DNA of 63,614 nucleotides, filler included, from Aduncisulcus paluster (Eukaryota): the NCBI GenBank assembly GCA_024181965.1. It is 11 parts of 11 records of this genome, joined end to end, with 100 filler letters (N's around TTAATTAATTAA, not from the genome) between each part and the next. Parts side by side here need not be neighbours in the genome. Positions count along the whole stretch, not along the records: positions 56,780 to 60,419 come from BQXS01010102.1; positions 60,520 to 63,614 come from BQXS01010111.1; 9 more parts are not named here. One strand, 5' to 3'. Numbering within the stretch: the stretch's first letter is position 1; the number at the start of each line of letters is the position of its first letter. The notes beneath the pieces are model-generated. The model saw only the letters and a program-made list of their open reading frames with translations, had not been told where the DNA came from and ran no database searches. The position numbers were made by a program, and so were the translations under genes. Shown piece after piece: positions 57,476 to 63,614 of this stretch.

Positions 57476-57481
57476 TTTTTT
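57476..57481 (+). terminator. Pol III terminator (T6) of the tRNA-Met gene
   Basis: TTTTTT begins 2 nt after discriminator A73; no encoded CCA. Confidence 0.75.
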
Positions 57482-57701
57482 CTGTTCCTTTCAGGTGACC
57501 CTAAGCGTCATTTCAGTAGTTTAATGATATCTCTGAGGATATTGGTAGCACAAATTTATTGATTTTTATCATCTAGTTCTGAAATAGTTCTATATGCCAC
57601 ACAGCAGGAATACATACAGTTCATACATATGAATACCACATATAAAAATTTAAACTCGATATCGATACAATTTTGATCAAATTACATTACAATTTAAACG
57701 T

Positions 57702-58304
57702 TTACCATTTGGCTTCTTTAACCAATGGAATAAATTTTGCGAGTTGAGTTTCGTAACCATCTTCATCATTATCATCACAGTACAAGGCAGGACAGACCAG
57801 AGTAGCTCCCAGTCTCTTGAAATGCCCAACACACTTCTTCATTCCTCCATTAAACACTTCATAATCGGAACATCCAAGACCAAGACAAGCAATCTTCACT
57901 TTGGAGAAACTACCATCTTTTTGTTCGGATAACCATTCGTAGAATACTTCACCAGATACAGGAACGTTTCCATGACCAGTGGTTGAACAGACAAAAACAA
58001 ATTTACCACCATGGAGAAGAGATTTATAGTCAAACTCAGATACCTCAGACGGATCATCAACACCAAGCTCGGAAGCAATTTCTTCAGCGGCAGCCTCAGA
58101 ATTACCAGTTTCAGTCGCAAAAAAGACTTTGATGGATCCATCATCATCAGTTTTACCTACTTCCTTCATTTCTTTTTCAACTTTTTCTTCTTCTTCTATC
58201 TTTTCTCCTTCTTCTCCTCCTCCCTTCTTCTTCTTCTTCTTCTTCTTCTTCTTCTTCCTTTTGGAATCTGGAAAGAACTTCTTTCTCTCGAGTTTCCTTA
58301 TCAA
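57702..58304 (-). CDS. Flavodoxin domain (CPR/MioC-type), probably the C-terminal domain of the upstream PFOR
   Basis: IKVFFATETGNSE, FVCSTTGHGNVP, IACLGLGCSDYEVFNGG, LGAT. Preceded by a K/E low-complexity linker; the ORF begins within 10 nt of the PFOR stop. Confidence 0.88.
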   Translation of the reverse strand: MIRKLERKKFFPDSKRKKKKKKKKKKKGGGEEGEKIEEEEKVEKEMKEVGKTDDDGSIKVFFATETGNSEAAAEEIASELGVDDPSEVSEFDYKSLLHGGKFVFVCSTTGHGNVPVSGEVFYEWLSEQKDGSFSKVKIACLGLGCSDYEVFNGGMKKCVGHFKRLGATLVCPALYCDDNDEDGYETQLAKFIPLVKEAKW

Positions 58305-58312
58305 CTCCCTTT

Positions 58313-60357
58313 TTAACTGGACTTTGGAGACATATTAATGATAGCAGAGGCCATTGGAACCTTCACCGTTCCCCTTGGAGCTTGACCACGGACAATAGCT
58401 GGGCGTTTCACACTGAAAGTAGGAGAAGATATCTCACTGATAATGGGTCTCTCATCAGGAGCAGGAAGACGGTAATCAATCCGCTCTTCAGGGACCTTGA
58501 AGGAATCACGGAGCTCAACAAGTTTCAGGTATCTTTGAAGCATATCCTTGATCAACAAGGTGTCGAGTCTCTTGGCAACCTCAGGTTTGGTCTGAATCAA
58601 AGAGTTGAAACGAGCTTGTGTCTCCAGGAACTCCATAGGATCCTTGCTTGGAGCCTTGGAATCAATAGTCAACGGATTCTTTCCTTTCTCGACAAGAGCT
58701 GGGTTGTAACGGTACAAAAGCCAGTATCCAGTTTCAACAGCAAGTTTCTGAGAGTGAGGACCGTAAGCGAGACCCTTACGAATACCATGCTCGATACAAG
58801 GAGAATAAGCGAGAACAATGGAAGGCCCATCGTGAGCATCGGCCTCAGCGATAGCCTTGAGGAATTGGCTTTGGTTGGCGTTGAGAGCTACACTGGCAAC
58901 ATAAACATTGGGATNNNNNNNNNNNNNNNNNNNNTCCAGTTTCAACAGCAAGTTTCTGAGAGTGAGGACCGTAAGCGAGACCCTTACGAATACCATGCTC
59001 GATACAAGGAGAATAAGCGAGAACAATGGAAGGCCCATCGTGAGCATCGGCCTCAGCGATAGCCTTGAGGAATTGGCTTTGGTTGGCGTTGAGAGCTACA
59101 CTGGCAACATAAACATTGGGATATGTCATGGCAATCTTCAAAATATCCTTCTTGACAACCTCTTTACCTCCAGCAGCGAATCTGGCAACAGCTCCAGCAG
59201 GAGTGGCCTTACTTCTTTGTCCACCAGTGTTACTGTAGACCTCAGTATCACAGATAAGAATGTTCACATTCTCTCCAGAAGCAAGAACATGGTCAACACC
59301 ACCGAAACCAATATCATAAGCCCAACCATCTCCACCAACAATCCATTGAGACTTCATGCCCAACTGGTCAAGGGAATCAATTCTGTTGAACTCCTTGAAT
59401 TCAGGTATCTTGATGTGAATAGTATCTTTGTCATCTTCAGTGAGTTTCTTAAGCTCTTCTTTGATGTTATCGGCAGCAATACGAGATTCTTCCTTGTCAC
59501 CATGAACTTCGAACCATTTCTTAAGAGATCCATGCAACTTATCACTAAGAACACCTTCGCTTTCATCACGGCTCAAAATAGTTGACACCAAACCAGCAAC
59601 ACGAGCACGACGTTGCTTTGTGGCCAAATGCATACCAAAACCGAACTCAGCATTATCTTCAAAGAGAGAGTTGGCCCAGGCTGGACCTTGACCCTTGTGG
59701 TTGGTAGACCACACACCGAATGGATAAGCACCAAGAGTAACAGACTAAGTAGAATAAAAATAAACAAACAGCGGTTAGAAATAAATCGAATGAAGAAAAT
59801 ATGGAAAAATTTAATTAAATATAAGATAAACATACACTACAACCAATGGCATTGGCAATCATGAGGTTTTCTCCAAACATGTTAGCAAGGTTCTTGATCT
59901 GGGCCATTTCCTGACAACCACCACAAGCAAGATGGAACTCAAGAAGAGGTTTCTGAAGACTGGCTCCAACAGGAAGTTTCTTCAACTTGTCGGGGATCAA
60001 ATGGCCTCTGTTCTCCAAGGATCTCACATATTCGTATTCATCACTCTTGACATCGAGCACATCTCCAATCAACTCCATTTTGAGAGTTCCCTTCTCACGG
60101 GTGGGACACATCATGACACAGTTGGAACACCCAGTACAATCATATGGAGACACAGAGATGACAAACTTCTGAGTGCCTGTTGCAGAAGCAAACTTCTTAT
60201 TCTTGATATTGGCAGAATCCATGGTGGCAGGGGCACTCTTGGTCTCATCCTCAGTCAAAAGGAAAGGTCTGATAACAGCATGAGGACAGGCAATAGCACA
60301 TGCACCACATTGGATACAAGTATCGGCATTCCAGACAGGGATTTTGATGGCAGTGTA
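58313..60357 (-). CDS. PFOR: Pyruvate:ferredoxin/flavodoxin oxidoreductase, C-terminal part; exons 60357-59836 and 59744-58313 (duplicated block across N20 gap 58915-58934); 5'-truncated
   Basis: CIQCGACAIACP and CTGCSNCVMMCP ferredoxin motifs, ACGGC, PAWANSLFEDNAEFGFG, GGDGWAYDIGFGG, DTEVYSNTGGQ, YSPCIEHG. Intron 59835-59745 GTATGT...TTCTAAC...TAG; upstream acceptor TAG ending at 60358. Confidence 0.96.
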
Positions 60358-60519
60358 CTAGCTGAGCAAATTTACTTGAAAAAGGATGAACTGTGTAATC
60401 TAAAAATAGACTTCGAGAANNNNNNNNNNNNNNNNNNNNNNNNNNNNNNNNNNNNNNNNNNNNTTAATTAATTAANNNNNNNNNNNNNNNNNNNNNNNNN
60501 NNNNNNNNNNNNNNNNNNN

Positions 60520-61745
60520 GTGGACGAGGAAGAGGAAGAGGAAGAGGAAGAGGAGGAAGATCCGGCCGACGAACAGGTCCCTTGAGTATCCTGGACCTGT
60601 AAAGATATGACAAAATCATTCGTCGTCACACTGAGTGCACCCGGCATCATGGACACGTCGGGATCGCTCCCAAGGTCAAACACGGCACGAAGAGGTGTGG
60701 AATCAGGCAGAGAGGAGACGCATTGCGGCAAAGAGGAGAACATTTGCTCGAGAGTGGCGAGGGTGAAGGGGAACGGGAAGTCAGTGAGATCACTCGCTTC
60801 AATTTCATAGTGGAAGAATCCATCAATGCGGTTGTACGCATGGAATGCAGAAGCTAGAAAATCAGGTTTCATAATCGTTTGCAAATCGCTTGAATCAATG
60901 ATTGTTGGTAATTCCGTGTATATATCTGGATCTACCTGATAAAATCCTTCTTGAGTGCCATCATAATATATCTCAGACTTCGGTTGTGTGTAATAACCAT
61001 CATAAATCGGAGGATCATACGTCATTCGGTTATCGATATATATTCCATGGGACTTATCCATCAGAATACATGGACCACACCCCATGAATCCTCCAACCAC
61101 TTCATTAATCATGCCAGCAAGTTTTGTATTTATCTCTTCTTCTAAGGAAACGGCCAAAACTGAGGAGACAGCATTCAAAATATCATTGAAAAGTTCAGAA
61201 ACATCATTAGAAGTCATATTAAATTCGCCAAAGGTCAAATTAATTGTGGAAATATTCATGGAATAACAATGATTATCAGAGAAGAAATATGCATTTAGAA
61301 ATACGGCAGTTTGATCTGCAGTGAGGAAAATGGTTGCAGAATCATATGTATACGGATAAACTAACAATTTAAAAGCAAAATTGAAGGATAATTCAAAGGA
61401 AACTTCATTGGTTTCAACGGTAATACCGGCGATATCATCAAGATCGATCGTAAAATCTCCAACGGAGGCACCATCGATGGAGATCTCGGTAACATCAATT
61501 TGGACCATATCAGTTTGAAAGTGAATATCAGGAATATCCTGAGATATCAACTCTCCGATGACTTCTTGAGAATATGGAACTGCCACCAAATTTAATCCAT
61601 GTTGTGTCGTTGTTATAAAAGTAGTAGGGAGTAGAGTTTGAAAGGTCGAAATAAAAAAAGAGAAAAGAAGTAGAAGGCATAGTTGAAAAGGCCGAAAAAA
61701 AATCTGGAAATCCATTACAAAATTCAAAATATCAGAGTGAAACAA
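60520..61745 (-). CDS. BPI/LBP (TULIP) family secreted lipid-binding protein (3'-truncated)
   Basis: Signal peptide, TQHGLNL...ELISQDIPDI start motif typical of BPI/LBP N-domains, long beta-rich segments and central helix LEEEINTKLAGMINE. Confidence 0.7.
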
Positions 61746-62192
61746 AATTTAGTTTTGAAATCGAGGGTATTCGAGAGAAAAAGGAATAAAGAAAGTTCGA
61801 CACAACCCGGATGTAGATCTTGCGAAAAAGTGACAGATGACAACAGCGCACCAAACCAATTCTGTATGTTGTGGATATCACATTATTCGTATGTTTTTGA
61901 AATCAATATCGAGGTCTTACAAAATAGTATTGATAATTTAACGCTTGGAGAGAATTTCTCATTTTTCGGTGATTCTTTGCCAAATTGGAAGAACTAAAAT
62001 ATTTATTATAAATATAATTTACTTCAAAATAAAATAACCCCATTAAATTCTGATGAATATTCTATATTTCTTGTCAGTCCCCGCTTGCATTTCGTCCTAT
62101 AAATAAATCACGTCCGACCTAAAAAATTTGCAAGGTTTGGCTAAAAATAGACCAAGGGTGAAAAAAATACATATATTTGTGTATAATACTCA

Positions 62193-63614
62193 ATGCAAAA
62201 ATCACGATTTCTAAAGATAGGATGTGCTGCGTACTTCTATCCACCTGGAAAGGAACCTCCAAATCAGGAGCCTCCATTAGCGATTGACAATGAATTGTGT
62301 ATTCCAATAGATTGTGATAATGCCTCTGGGACAAAAGGATCTGATCCTATTTGGGAAGCATTGCGCGTAGAGCTTCTAAAAGGATTAGGAGGATTGGCTT
62401 TTACATCCTTGGTCCTTCCCTTTTCCTCGTATCATTGCATAAAAGAGGTTCACATTCAAGTATGTTAGTTTGATGAGTTTTATGTTGTTTTGTAAAATTG
62501 TTTTCTTCACTTGTGTTTTATAATATCTAGGTTCGTAAATCCGTTGGACCAATTCGTGTCTTAACCCTTCGTTTTTCTCATGTGGATGGAACAATAACAA
62601 CAAGACAATTTGAAATTCCGAGAGCATCTAATCAATATGAGTGGTATTCTTTGCCTAATATTGATTTGTATGGCGTTATTGGTTGTGAGATAAAGTGTGA
62701 TCCATCCGATGTTTGGGATATATCGAAGAATCCTTGGCCTTTTATATATGGTCTTCGCCTTGTTAGAAATCCTAAACTTGAAAAAGATCCAAAATTTCTC
62801 CTCGAGAAAAAAGAATATGATGATCGAATGAAATCCGAAAAAAAGAAAAGAGAAAAAGGAAAAGTTTCCTGGATTTTGGATTCTTCAACAACTATCGAGC
62901 CACTATGTTGTCTAGGACATGGTGGTTTCGGTGAGGCAATTCTTGTTCAGGTTCCTGAATGTCCGGACCCTGTTGTTTTGAAGAAGATGAGGGGAAATAT
63001 CGATGAGTCTGTTGTTGAGCGTTGTCATGAGGAATTTCAGATTCAGCAAAAACTGTTTATGAATCCCGCATGTTTTCATCGTATAGCACGGCCAATGTAT
63101 ATTTTGGATCTTCTTGATGATAACTTTGACGGTACGTATGGGTTTTTGATGGAGTTTTGTGTTGGAGGCAGTGTGAGTGACTTTGCCAAGACTTGGTGTA
63201 AAGAGGACAAGGATGGTGTACTAGACCCTCAAAGCGACCGTTTTGATTATTTTGACATCATGTCTTTGAACCCTTTGAAAGTGAGTGCTTTATGTGTCGG
63301 GATGATCGAATGTCTTGATGATGTTTTTTTGGTAAAAAAAGGTATTGTTCATCGAGACATTAAACCTGAAAACTTTCTTGTTCGTGTTGATCCTAAGGAT
63401 GGAGAATGCACCATTATTCTTGGAGATCTTGGATTGACTGAAATTTTAGACTCGCGATCTTCATCAACCTCAAAGATCTTGGTTTCATCGAAGAAAGTCA
63501 AAAAGACAGAACATGAGCGTTCTATATGCGGAACTCTTATTTACAATTCATATGAAACCTTGAAATATTGTGTTCAAGATCAGCGTAGCGATGGATATTC
63601 ACTTGGATTGTCTA
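62193..63614 (+). CDS. Beta-sandwich domain plus protein kinase (same expanded family); exons 62193-62459 and 62531 to window end
   Basis: Phase-0 intron 62460-62530, GTATGT...TAG. Exon 2 encodes LGHGGFGE, VLKK, KLFMNP.CF.RI.RPMYILDLLD, HRDIKPENFL, GDLGL, CGTLIYNSYE. Missed by the ORF track because it runs off the window. Confidence 0.9.

Noticed and set aside
57411-57540. Intact, intron-containing or permuted tRNA-Met
   Set aside because: No D-arm or matching GCTTCTG acceptor strand upstream or downstream, and the break is 5' of the anticodon rather than at the canonical 37/38 intron site.
6718-59120. Tandem duplications flanking the N20 gaps (6972, 18399, 32248, 55748, 58915)
   Set aside because: Near-identical sequence on both sides of each gap indicates unmerged scaffold overlaps.
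56780-60357. Functional link between the retroelement and PFOR/flavodoxin
   Set aside because: Convergent neighbours only; nothing in the sequence ties them together.
8967-60519. Recurrent TTAATTAATTAA motif as a biological repeat or element end
   Set aside because: Always centred in N44 flanks; an artificial six-frame-stop linker.
189-62627. Many short antisense or overlapping ORFs in the track
   Set aside because: Shadows of real genes or low-complexity DNA, with no recognisable motifs.

Overview
Gene-dense, intron-poor, AT-rich eukaryotic DNA in the standard genetic code (TAA, TAG and TGA all end genes). It is not one contiguous locus: 11 contigs are joined by artificial 100-nt linkers (N44-TTAATTAATTAA-N44), and five internal N20 gaps have duplicated flanks. 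Gene content points to an anaerobic protist: PFOR, flavodoxin, short GTATGT...TAG introns, internalin-like LRR proteins and a lineage-expanded kinase family. My inference is a free-living fornicate/metamonad such as Aduncisulcus. Recognisable genes are U2A', U2AF35, VPS13, Pus10, GCP2, a kinesin-2-like motor, WRNIP1/MgsA, a DHHC acyltransferase, PPT1, CHMP1, importin-alpha, an Hsp70-like protein, PFOR, flavodoxin, a BPI/LBP protein and an MFS transporter. The most striking signal is at 56780-57481: the 3' end of a non-LTR retrotransposon with a restriction-like endonuclease (RLE) is joined directly to the 3' half of an elongator tRNA-Met(CAU) gene cut in the anticodon stem, suggesting a tRNA-Met-targeting site-specific retroelement. 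Other candidates are a PFOR-flavodoxin fusion interrupted by a frameshift, a beta-sandwich module shared between a tandem GTPase/pseudo-GTPase and a kinase, head-to-head U2A'/U2AF35 genes 50 nt apart, a DHHC + PPT1 pair flanking a structured H/ACA-like RNA, and an Hsp70 lacking its substrate-binding beta-domain.
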